64,000 nucleotides of DNA from Candidatus Omnitrophota bacterium (GCA_021108075.1 JAIORP010000135.1:23938-87937), one strand, 5' to 3'. Positions 10,501 to 18,336 are shown, numbered from the stretch's first letter. Translations and numbers: made by a program. Notes: a model not told the origin generated them from the letters alone.

Positions 10501-11312
10501 AGAAACAAAAACAGTTGGGAGACAACAGGATAAAAAAAAATACTCAATTTAATATTCTGGTTGCTGAAGACTACACACCCAATCAAGAATTAATAAAACT
10601 CCTCCTAAGTAGCGCAGGTTTTCAGTTCTCTATCGTCTCGAACGGCCTTGAAGTGATTGATATCTGCCGCCAGTCAACTTTCGATATCATCTTGATGGAC
10701 GTTCAAATGCCGGAATTAGACGGCATCGCCACCGCCTTGCATATCCGAAATAATATGGAGGCATTAAAAACGATCCCCATCATTGCCCTAACCGCCCACG
10801 CCAACAAGGCAATTGTCGAAAAATGTTTTAAAGCAGGGATGAATGATATTCTAAATAAACCAATTAGGAAGGAAGAACTGCTGCAGGTCCTGGATAAATA
10901 TCTGAAGAACAAACCTGGCCAAGCAACGAATAACGGTCAAAATACGGCTTTTGACAGAGATACTATGCCGCTGCATTATAATGAAATCATAAAAGAATTT
11001 GGTGGTAATAAAATTTTGCTGGATACCGTCACGAATCAATTCATCACCAATGTTGGCGGCCAAATTCTGATTATGCAGGACGCGATCAAAAATAAACAAT
11101 TTGAGATACTTAGAAAGGAAATACATAAAATTAGGGGCGGCGCAGCCAACCTAACAGCCCAATCTTTGGCTGATATTGCCGAAGAAATTGAATCTTTAGC
11201 AAAACAAAAAAATTATATAAACCTCAATAATCTCATGAAAAACTTCGTATCTGAATATAAGCGCCTAAAAGAATATGTAGGGAGTGGATATAAAAATATT
11301 GGCAAAAACTAA
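7551..11312 (+). CDS. multidomain hybrid histidine kinase with N-terminal 2x[4Fe-4S] ferredoxin and [FeFe]-hydrogenase H-domain-like (HydS-like sensory) module, then PAS-PAS-HisKA-HATPase_c-REC-Hpt
   Basis: Ferredoxin motifs CINCHACISACP and CIACGKCIQTCS. H-domain-like region: FDISFGAE, SPCLAKKRE (cf. MPCxxKKxE), degenerate L1 QSCAAIV (cf. TSCCPxW), L3-like IDCLNCELECTGEP. Cx2Cx4Cx16C motif: CSSCGYGKCENMAKAIYNKLNRPENC. H-box SHEIRTPLNCIIGF; ATP-lid GGTGLGTTI. Receiver ILVAEDYTPN...ILMDVQMPELDG...ALTA...KP. C-terminal Hpt HKIRGGAANL. Confidence 0.85.
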   Translation: MSKSKITLPQTVYVDKDKCINCHACISACPVKYCNDGSGTVVSINSDLCIACGKCIQTCSHQARFYTDDLPALQRAIHRQERIIAVVDPSIAANFQHQFLNLNGWLKSFGVHAVFDISFGAELCVKSYVEYIQKQSPPIIIIQSCAAIVSYIEMYQPELLPYLAPIDSPMIHTIKMIRKYYPQYSDHKIAVLSPCLAKKRELHETNMGDFYIADLSLKQYIKDNNVELSSFPAIDYDDPSDERAVVFPSPGELLRTLKRWIPNMSYLAREIEGTETIYDYLKKLPAILNKEKINTPLLIDCLNCELECTGEPLTLNKNKSVEKIEYWMQQKNKAMQIIHRQDQSNQDININDIVSKHWCEQLYHRSYLDLSDSVQIKNPTLAELQAIFETMHKYSEKDIINCSSCGYGKCENMAKAIYNKLNRPENCHHYLAQKSDIRKNKIQLNEKRLKHILDTTLEGFVQVNKSGYIQMANEAMANILGATPDKIINHPISKFISPLQDIDFGNIINLKNLTKHKLEVTLSKLDGSTIYSLFHINILTDENNQPIGYFALVSDITNLKNTEKELKKFQDHLQQLVEERTQELQKINFQLEEEVTQRRKEQNKIQESEQEIRRIMNTIPHAVLELKNRQIVFANAAVVGVFGWQANELIGKTTQILYLDDNEFDKIGQYFYPVLAKQGIHHGEFNIKKKNGRNIICMISASFVGKETDNERVIAVYEDITERKRAETALHLAKEAAEEANRLKSQFVSNVSHEIRTPLNCIIGFADVILQSEDLNSIHQQAEIILNESETLLNLINDLLDHAKIEAGKLNIDQHGFDLYGLINQIVQTMRIHANKKNLQFYASIEKTVPQYVIGDSLRIHQIIINLLSNALKFTHVGSITLLIESFDKKKDQVTLRFSIIDTGIGISREQQNKIFESFTQADGSTTRKYGGTGLGTTIAKDLVQIMHGQMGVSSEQGKGSTFWFSLQFERCTDLSKVKKFHQKKQKQLGDNRIKKNTQFNILVAEDYTPNQELIKLLLSSAGFQFSIVSNGLEVIDICRQSTFDIILMDVQMPELDGIATALHIRNNMEALKTIPIIALTAHANKAIVEKCFKAGMNDILNKPIRKEELLQVLDKYLKNKPGQATNNGQNTAFDRDTMPLHYNEIIKEFGGNKILLDTVTNQFITNVGGQILIMQDAIKNKQFEILRKEIHKIRGGAANLTAQSLADIAEEIESLAKQKNYINLNNLMKNFVSEYKRLKEYVGSGYKNIGKN

Positions 11313-11358
11313 AAATATAGTATATAAATGTAATATATCTAAAAAAGGAGTTCTTCCT

Positions 11359-11760
11359 ATGCGTATTTTAATCGTTGATGATGATTATGTCAGCCGAACC
11401 AAGTTGAAAGCGTTATTGTCGATGTACGGGGACTGTGACACAGTTCCAAATGGAGAACTTGCTTTAGAATTTTTTAATAATGCTCATTCTGAAAGCGTAC
11501 CTTATGATCTTATAACTTTGGACATAGATATGCCGGGCATGAATGGTCATGAAGTGATTGACAAAATGTCAGAATGGGAAATGGCAAATGAGATTGATGC
11601 CACAAAATCAGCTAAGCTACTGATGATAACTATCAAACAGAACTCGGAAGACATTATGTCTTCTTTTAGAAAGGGGTGTCACGATTATATAAAAAAACCC
11701 GTAACACAATCCAATATTCAAGTTGCCCTTGAAAATATTGGGCTTATGAAGAACCTTTAG
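11359..11760 (+). CDS. single-domain response regulator
   Basis: AAAAAAGGAG RBS then ATG 11359; MRILIVDDDYVSR...LITLDIDMPGMNG...LMIT...KKP. Confidence 0.8.
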   Translation: MRILIVDDDYVSRTKLKALLSMYGDCDTVPNGELALEFFNNAHSESVPYDLITLDIDMPGMNGHEVIDKMSEWEMANEIDATKSAKLLMITIKQNSEDIMSSFRKGCHDYIKKPVTQSNIQVALENIGLMKNL

Positions 11761-11802
11761 AATAATATCAATCAAGCAGTTTAAACGAAAGGATGCTGGA
11801 CC

Positions 11803-12651
11803 ATGTTGTTAAGATTTCTGATTATTTTAATTTGTCTGATATGTTTGCCAATGTCTGTAGTACATGCCCAAGTTGACCAAGAAAATTCAGACGACTTATA
11901 TGAATGGCAACTACGTGAATATCCAAACATTCATGGACAATATAATGCGGGAAGAGAACGTTACAATGAAGCATTAGCAGAAAAACACCTAAGACTAAAA
12001 AACACAAAGAAAAAATTGCTCAAAGAAAACAGCATGATGAAAGTTGACATTAAAGAGCAAAAATCTTTACTCCACCTTCAAGACAAAAGAATTAAAGAGC
12101 TACAAAAATTCAATGAAAGGCTTCGCGAAGAATGGGAAGCGTTAGACACGGCGAATAAAGCTAAAGAAGCGGACAAACAAAGATTGGTGGAAGACACTTT
12201 AGCTAAAAAGGCTGAAATTGAATTGCAGAAAGCAAATAACATAACACTGTCTGAAGAAGCTGAAATCCTAAAAGAAGAATTCGCTCTAAAAAATTCTGAA
12301 TATGCTGAACTCAATTCATTCTATGAAGAAAAAGAAATGGAAGTGGCTCAGGCGCAAGATAGCGTTGATCGTAAACAAAAAGAATATGATGAGTTGAAAT
12401 CGAACAACGAAATGTTATCTAGTGAATATGAAGAAAAGCAACGAGAATACAGTGAATTAGAAGAACTCGTTCTCATGCAAAAAGAAGAAAATGAGCGCAT
12501 TGAAAAAGAACTGGATCAAGACTTAGAATCCTTTTACAGCAAGTTATTGCGTTTCTATGAACAAGAAGGCACAGAACTTCGTGAAAAGCTCGAAGACTAT
12601 AAAGGAAGAAAAGTAGAAGTTGAAAGCAAGCTAGAAGATGAGCAATTGTGA
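11803..12651 (+). CDS. secreted coiled-coil protein
   Basis: Signal peptide MLLRFLIILICLICLPMSVVHAQ; remainder is E/K/L-rich heptad sequence. Confidence 0.6.
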   Translation: MLLRFLIILICLICLPMSVVHAQVDQENSDDLYEWQLREYPNIHGQYNAGRERYNEALAEKHLRLKNTKKKLLKENSMMKVDIKEQKSLLHLQDKRIKELQKFNERLREEWEALDTANKAKEADKQRLVEDTLAKKAEIELQKANNITLSEEAEILKEEFALKNSEYAELNSFYEEKEMEVAQAQDSVDRKQKEYDELKSNNEMLSSEYEEKQREYSELEELVLMQKEENERIEKELDQDLESFYSKLLRFYEQEGTELREKLEDYKGRKVEVESKLEDEQL

Positions 12652-12740
12652 TTCAGATGACTATTGTGACGAACCACAACGATACCATCAACATCAAATT
12701 TCCTTTAATTACATTATATGAACATTGGGAAAGCAACTGT

Positions 12741-12803
12741 TTGAATTTAAGGTGCTTGCTGCGGAGTCAAAAACAATGCCCCGTGCAAGCACCTTAAATT
12801 CAA
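12741..12803. promoter_or_regulatory. 19-bp perfect inverted repeat (TTGAATTTAAGGTGCTTGC / GCAAGCACCTTAAATTCAA) with 25-nt spacer; strong stem-loop
   Basis: Read directly: positions 12741-12759 are the exact reverse complement of 12785-12803. GCGG/CCGT in the loop can extend the stem. About 90 nt downstream of the 11803-12651 gene; no U-tract follows. Confidence 0.6.
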
Positions 12804-13218
12804 CAACGGCAAACACTTTTGATCCATCCAGAAAGACATTCTCGGTCAAAAAAACCATTCATGGCCAGTCATTCCAATACATCCCTATCCGAAACATATC
12901 AAACCAAATCCTGGCCCGGCTGTCATAAATGCACTTATCAAATGCATTATCGTGACAACAACTTATTGTCTTAAACCTCTATATTTCAATCAGTTTCAAC
13001 CTTAAAATAAAGTACTAGATTTTTTTTTCATTTTGTAGTATATTTATGTCTATCGAATGTTGTCCGCATTTACTGCATAAAATATGATTATTGGAGGTGA
13101 TTGCACGTGGGGGAATGGAAAGAAGATAAATTAATCAAGTCTACAAATAAAGACAGAGATATTTTCCCTTGGGACGAAGCGGATATATACTTTTAGGATG
13201 TTATCGCAACAAACAGTC

Positions 13219-13260
13219 AAAACCCTATCTTGCATTGTGACAAGATAGGGTTTTCTGTTT
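13219..13260 (+). terminator. rho-independent terminator-like hairpin
   Basis: AAAACCCTATCTTG-cattgtga-CAAGATAGGGTTTT (14-bp stem, 8-nt loop) followed by CTGTTT; directly downstream of a 29-codon ORF at 13105-13194. Confidence 0.6.
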
Positions 13261-13823
13261 AAATGGCCTTGCGATATACAGCACATGAACAAAAACATAT
13301 TAATTTTTTTAATTCACAACCAGCCATTATTATCTCAACAATGAGATCATACGGGTACGATTTAAAAAACGTTACTATCAGGCCATCAGGAAAAATTTTC
13401 ATCTTTGTTTTTTTACAGGCCAAACGTACTAAAATTTAATAATAAATCCTCAAATCAGTGTAACCGTTGTTAACTTTGAGCAATTTACCGGCTACACCAT
13501 CCAAGGCAAAACACACATCATCCCCAAAAATAAAAGGATCTGTTCCATATTGACAAATGGGAAAATAAAATTACCCAACCCATTTCAGAACCTTTAGTAC
13601 AAAATGTTCAAAAAGAAACGAAAGGCTCCTTTAATTACGAAACTCACCTGCCATAAAATCCTAAATACATGATTGAAGTATCTGTTTCCAGCAAAAATTT
13701 ATCCCCCATATTGCCACAAGATTAAATCCTCTGAATCAAATAGTCATTATGGTTGCAAAATAAAAATAATACGATATAATTTTAAATATCAAAATTTTCA
13801 TTTATAAACCATCAGGAGCAAAT

Positions 13824-15350
13824 ATGAACAAAGAAGATTTTTTAGCCATCCTGCATAAAGGAACTGAATTAGAGGCATCCGATGTTCATCTTTCCGCAAA
13901 CAAACCACCGATTTTTCGTCTTTATGGCAATTTACAATACTCGAAGCAGGCATCCATATCAAATTCACAGTTAAAGAGTATGCTCTATGATTTATTATTA
14001 CCTGAACAAATTGCTAAATTCGAAGAAGAAAAAGAGCTTGATTTTTCTTATAGAGAAATGGCGGAATATCAATTTCGAATCAACGCCGGACTTGATCGTG
14101 GAAATATTGCAATCACAGCACGCATCACTCCCGCAAAAATAAAGTCTTTGGAAGAATTAAATCTTCCAAAAGTTGTTCAGGACATCGCTTATGAACGAAA
14201 AGGGCTGGTTCTGATTGCCGGGGTAGCAGGATGCGGAAAGAGTACAACATTAACATATCTTATCGATTTGATTAATCGCAATAGACAGTGTAAAATTGTT
14301 ACCATTGAAGACCCGATCGAATATATCCACGAATCAAATAAGTCTTTAATTATGCAAAGAGAAGTCGGCGCGGATACCCATACTTTTGCGGATGCCATCA
14401 AACACGCCCTCCGCCAGGACCCGGATGTTATCGTCATTGGAGAAATGCGTGACTTGGAATCGATGTCCATGGCAATTACAGCTGCAGAAACAGGCCACCT
14501 CGTATTAACAACTGTTCACGCTCCGAATGCGACCGAAACCATCAACCGTATCATTGATGTTTTTCCCCAGGCAAATCGTGACCAAATCAATATTCAGTTA
14601 GCTGAGAACTTCTTAGCTGTTATGGCACAAATGCTCATTCCCCGTGCAGACAGCAAAGAACGCATACTGGCCACAGAGGTTATTTATACAAACATTGCTA
14701 TCCGCAACCTGCTCCGGAGAGGATCACTCGTCGAACTTCGTGGACAAATTGACGCCGATGAAAATCCTAAAGTTCAATCATTTGAGGTTTGTCTTTCTAA
14801 ACTCTATCTCAAGAACCTCATCACGAAAGAGACAGCCATCGACTATTCAAAATTCCCGGAAAAACTAAAGTTCACAAATCCGAATGATTTTAAAAGTGTT
14901 TTTGGGACAAAAAAGAAAACTAAGGACAAAAAAAGTTCCAAATACGAGCCCGATGAAATGAATACGTTCGAAAAAGCCTTAATTATTGAACAAGACGAAG
15001 ACGATCGCGGTAAAATGGGAGAAATATGTAAACATGAAGGGATCCCGACGATTTATCTCGCTCCGTCCGGAGAGCAAGGACTCATCATTGCCAATAAAGT
15101 CAAGCCTGATTTAATCATTATTGACATGCTAATCGTTGATATTGATCTGGAAAAACTTTGTGAGCATTTCAAAGAAATCGTTGGAGACGGAATCAAAATT
15201 ATTATGATTACCGGAAGATTTAGGCCGGAAGACCCCCAAAAAGTATCCGATTTAGGTGCTATTGATTTGGTTGTCAAAACTGCTGATCTGCGGTTACTAT
15301 CTAAATCACTGCAAAAGCTTCAAGGAACATATAATCCCGAAAATAAATAA
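13824..15350 (+). CDS. PilT/PilU-family type IV pilus retraction ATPase fused to a C-terminal receiver (REC) domain
   Basis: PilT N-terminus (ASDVHLSANKPPIFRLYG), Walker A GVAGCGKSTTL, IVTIEDPIEY, Walker B/His-box IVIGEMRD...TGHLVLTTVHA. After ~aa 380 a receiver-like domain: ALIIEQDEDD / KPDLIIIDMLIVDID / IKIIMITG / DLVVKTAD (D, D, T, K positions present). Confidence 0.85.
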   Translation: MNKEDFLAILHKGTELEASDVHLSANKPPIFRLYGNLQYSKQASISNSQLKSMLYDLLLPEQIAKFEEEKELDFSYREMAEYQFRINAGLDRGNIAITARITPAKIKSLEELNLPKVVQDIAYERKGLVLIAGVAGCGKSTTLTYLIDLINRNRQCKIVTIEDPIEYIHESNKSLIMQREVGADTHTFADAIKHALRQDPDVIVIGEMRDLESMSMAITAAETGHLVLTTVHAPNATETINRIIDVFPQANRDQINIQLAENFLAVMAQMLIPRADSKERILATEVIYTNIAIRNLLRRGSLVELRGQIDADENPKVQSFEVCLSKLYLKNLITKETAIDYSKFPEKLKFTNPNDFKSVFGTKKKTKDKKSSKYEPDEMNTFEKALIIEQDEDDRGKMGEICKHEGIPTIYLAPSGEQGLIIANKVKPDLIIIDMLIVDIDLEKLCEHFKEIVGDGIKIIMITGRFRPEDPQKVSDLGAIDLVVKTADLRLLSKSLQKLQGTYNPENK

Positions 15351-15383
15351 TAATAACGTCGATTTTACAAAAATTAACTGATT

Positions 15384-15938
15384 TTATTTTTCTCCCATCA
15401 ATTTATTCAGTCGATCAAAAGCTCTACTCCGGGCATTTTTCTTTTTCTGTTCTAACTCATTCTTATCTTCGCGCAACTTATATATCAATGAAAGAGAAAA
15501 CACGATATCTTCAAAACAATAGTGAAATGAAATCCTGTGCGTATTCGAAAAGTCCGAAAGAATGACCATTCGGTTCCCTTTAATTGTTGTAGGGATACTG
15601 ATCTCAAAACTATGCTCCGTTTCTTTCATCAACTTCATCTTAACACCACCGGCAATCATATTAATCTGCTCAGCGATCCCGTCAATCACTTCACGATTAG
15701 CGTCATCCAGTGTTGAATGAATCATCCTGGATACGATTTGACAGGCACTGCTGTTAGGTAAGCAAATCGCAATACTCCCTTCAATACTGCCGATAAAACC
15801 GATCGAACTGATAATGCATTCGTCGTCTAACATAACCTCATTTTCAATCTGCTTTGGGACTAACGATATCGTCGCAAGAAACGCGTCGGAAACAGACTCC
15901 TCCAATAACTTGCTTAAATGCTCTGATAATTCATTCAT
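15384..15938 (-). CDS. CheX/CheC-like chemotaxis phosphatase family protein
   Basis: 184 aa; segment DDANREVIDGIAEQINMIAGGVK resembles the CheX active-site region (E...N...G); low-complexity C-terminal tail. Confidence 0.55.
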   Translation of the reverse strand: MNELSEHLSKLLEESVSDAFLATISLVPKQIENEVMLDDECIISSIGFIGSIEGSIAICLPNSSACQIVSRMIHSTLDDANREVIDGIAEQINMIAGGVKMKLMKETEHSFEISIPTTIKGNRMVILSDFSNTHRISFHYCFEDIVFSLSLIYKLREDKNELEQKKKNARSRAFDRLNKLMGEK

Positions 15939-15954
15939 ATCTCATCTCCAAATT

Positions 15955-16036
15955 ATACCAAATCCATTAATAAATTGTTCTATCTTAATTCTGAAAAGCA
16001 GAATTGGTTTTGGTCATTATTTAATGGAATTGGTAT
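15955..16036. repeat. copy 2 of the ~82-nt palindromic repeat family
   Basis: Identical to 3195-3277 over about 82 nt; lies in the divergent region between the CheX-like gene and the first PEP-CTERM gene. Confidence 0.85.
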
Positions 16037-16321
16037 TAGTATCAAATTCAACCATTTTAAAACAATATAATTTATTGCTGATAGCATGTACAGCAAAAAC
16101 TCATCTTTTTAACAAAAATAATAAAAGTTCGGTCATGCTTATATATATAAAATTATACACTCAACTCATTAGTTGTTGCTTTTTTTGAACATTCAAATAT
16201 AATAGTAATACGAACAATAAGAAAAATAAGAAAATATGAGCCAATATAAGCCAAATAGAGATAATTAAACGTAGCATGGCACATTTATTGCTTATATATA
16301 TCAACGAGAGGAGTATACACT

Positions 16322-16705
16322 ATGAAAAAAATGTTTTTAATCATTATTTTATTAATGACTTGCATTTCCCTTCAAGGATGCAAAGGCGGCGGAAGTGGAT
16401 CAGGAAGTGGGATAACATCCGGCGGTGTTTTTCTAGATCCCATGGCTTTACTGAATGAAGACGGAACTGGCGATGATCCATTACCATGGACAACTGACGA
16501 ACCAGATGAAGAAAGCGAGGATAATTCCGGAGGAGAAGATCCAGACCCGATAGTATTGCCTGACTTATGTGAAGATAGCGAACATAATGTTGTTCCTTGT
16601 ATTGAAGGACCGGGAACTGAAGCACACTCAACACCAGAGCCTGCGACATTTTTCTTGTTGTTCAATAGCCTGTTAGGATTTGCTTTTTTTAAAAGAAAAA
16701 AATAG
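16322..16705 (+). CDS. PEP-CTERM sorting-domain lipoprotein (Gly/Ser-rich, acidic)
   Basis: GAGGAG RBS; lipobox-like LQGC after the signal peptide; C-terminus STPEPATFFLLFNSLLGFAFFKRKK is a PEP motif plus TM helix plus basic tail. Confidence 0.75.
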   Translation: MKKMFLIIILLMTCISLQGCKGGGSGSGSGITSGGVFLDPMALLNEDGTGDDPLPWTTDEPDEESEDNSGGEDPDPIVLPDLCEDSEHNVVPCIEGPGTEAHSTPEPATFFLLFNSLLGFAFFKRKK

Positions 16706-16767
16706 TCCTTTTGAGATGAAATGGGGGAGAAGAACCAAACCATTTTATTGAAAAGGAGACTGTTATT

Positions 16768-17529
16768 TTGAAAACTAAAATATGTACATTGACTACTCTA
16801 ATTTTGTTGAGTACAACCGTCTATTCCTATGCCTTTTATAACATTGATGGAGATTTAAATGACTGGGGAATAGACCTCACCGATCCTCAAGCTCAAAACA
16901 AACACTATCTAGACAATCACACGCCCATAGGGTCAAACATTGATTTCTTCACAGAAGACAATACTGACAAATTCCAGGGCAGTCAATACGTTGGCCCCGG
17001 ATATTCAAACGGGAACCGGTACGACGCTGAGGCCATCTATTTTGACAATGACGCTCAATATGCCTATATCGCGATCGTAACAGGTGTATCTTCCTCAGAA
17101 AATTCTTTCCCCGCAGGCGATATTTTCCTTGATTCAATCGACCCAACAGGCAATCAACAATACCATTATGGCATCGATATCATCACTGGAGAGTTCTATT
17201 TCGTTGATAGTTGGATTGATGTTGATTATTCTGATCATCAAAGCGCCTCACCATGGAAAATCGGAGATAATAAAACACTTCTGGGACAAGCAGATTTATT
17301 TTATACAACCCAGGACATTAATTCACACTATGTCATCGAGGCCAGGGTTCCTTTAGCCTGGATGGGGATAGGAACATCGTCAAGCACAGACATTTGGCTC
17401 CACTGGACAATGCGCTGTGGCAATGATACCGTCGATCTGAAAGGGACGGTTCATTCTACCCCCGAACCAGCGACATTTTTTCTTCTTCTGAACGGATTCT
17501 GGGGCTTCTTTTTCCTCCGAAAAAAATAA
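16768..17529 (+). CDS. PEP-CTERM sorting-domain secreted protein
   Basis: TTG start 9 nt after AAAGGAG; signal peptide; C-terminus STPEPATFFLLLNGFWGFFFLRKK. Confidence 0.75.
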   Translation: MKTKICTLTTLILLSTTVYSYAFYNIDGDLNDWGIDLTDPQAQNKHYLDNHTPIGSNIDFFTEDNTDKFQGSQYVGPGYSNGNRYDAEAIYFDNDAQYAYIAIVTGVSSSENSFPAGDIFLDSIDPTGNQQYHYGIDIITGEFYFVDSWIDVDYSDHQSASPWKIGDNKTLLGQADLFYTTQDINSHYVIEARVPLAWMGIGTSSSTDIWLHWTMRCGNDTVDLKGTVHSTPEPATFFLLLNGFWGFFFLRKK

Positions 17530-17694
17530 CCTTATTACTGTAACAAGCTAAAAAGGCAGCTTATTAAAGAATAAGTTGCCTTTCTTGTTTATTTGAATAG
17601 AATGTTAATATGCATCATACTAGAAGCATGCATTTTGGGATTATATGTATTATAATTAAGTATAGCAAAAATCACTAAAATCAGGACTCACGAA

Positions 17695-18336
17695 ATGAAA
17701 AAAATACTTCTTCTTACCATTTTTTGTTTACTGGCTACCCGGACTCAACCAGCCGAAAGTTTGTCAATTAAGGAACGACTACGAAAAGCCCGCGAAAAAG
17801 AAAACACTCAATCCAGTCAAACCGGCACAGTCAATGAACCGGCCCAGGATCAAAACGACGCTGCGCAAGAACCATCGGCACCGGAAACTGAAAAGCCTAA
17901 AAGCACAATCAGCAAACCCGAAGGTAAAAGATGCTCTTCATCCCAATGTGGCGGCGAAACACAAACAAAGTACCCCCCCCCTGATCAACCATATCAACAA
18001 CAAGACACCCCAATAGGAATAGTTGGAGAAGACGGAAACCTGCGTGGAGAAATGATAAAAAATAGCATCTATAATCCTCCCACAAAAAAAGCCTTATCCC
18101 AAGTATTAAACAATACATCATTACCCGCGGCAGCTTATAATGATGGGGAATTTATCTCATATTTTAATAATGGGCGCATCATTTATCGGCGTTACACAAT
18201 GAAAGATCGAGTACTCGTTGGAGAATTTCAAGAATACCATATCAATGGTGCGCTTAAAAGGGAACTTTTCTTCAAAAATGGCTATATCTTAAAAGAATTT
18301 TCATACCAACCGGCATCATGGCCTGGCAGCTTTTAA
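17695..18336 (+). CDS. secreted hypothetical protein with Q/P-rich linker and MORN-like C-terminal repeats
   Basis: Signal peptide MKKILLLTIFCLLATRTQPAES; C-terminal YFNNGRIIYRRYTMKDRVLVGEFQEYHINGALKRELFFKNGYILKEF resembles MORN/YwqK-type repeats. Confidence 0.5.
   Translation: MKKILLLTIFCLLATRTQPAESLSIKERLRKAREKENTQSSQTGTVNEPAQDQNDAAQEPSAPETEKPKSTISKPEGKRCSSSQCGGETQTKYPPPDQPYQQQDTPIGIVGEDGNLRGEMIKNSIYNPPTKKALSQVLNNTSLPAAAYNDGEFISYFNNGRIIYRRYTMKDRVLVGEFQEYHINGALKRELFFKNGYILKEFSYQPASWPGSF

Noticed and set aside
12725-12928. 67-aa ORF in the 12.66-13.82 kb gap
   Set aside because: Its middle is the 19-bp perfect palindrome (palindromes create mirrored peptide text); no RBS; I treat the region as non-coding or structured RNA instead.
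15814-16188. 124-aa + ORF and the 18658-18861 minus ORF sharing the peptide NPLINCSILILKSRIGFGHYLMELVL
   Set aside because: The shared peptide is simply the translation of the ~82-nt repeat element; these ORFs span intergenic repeat copies and are not genes.
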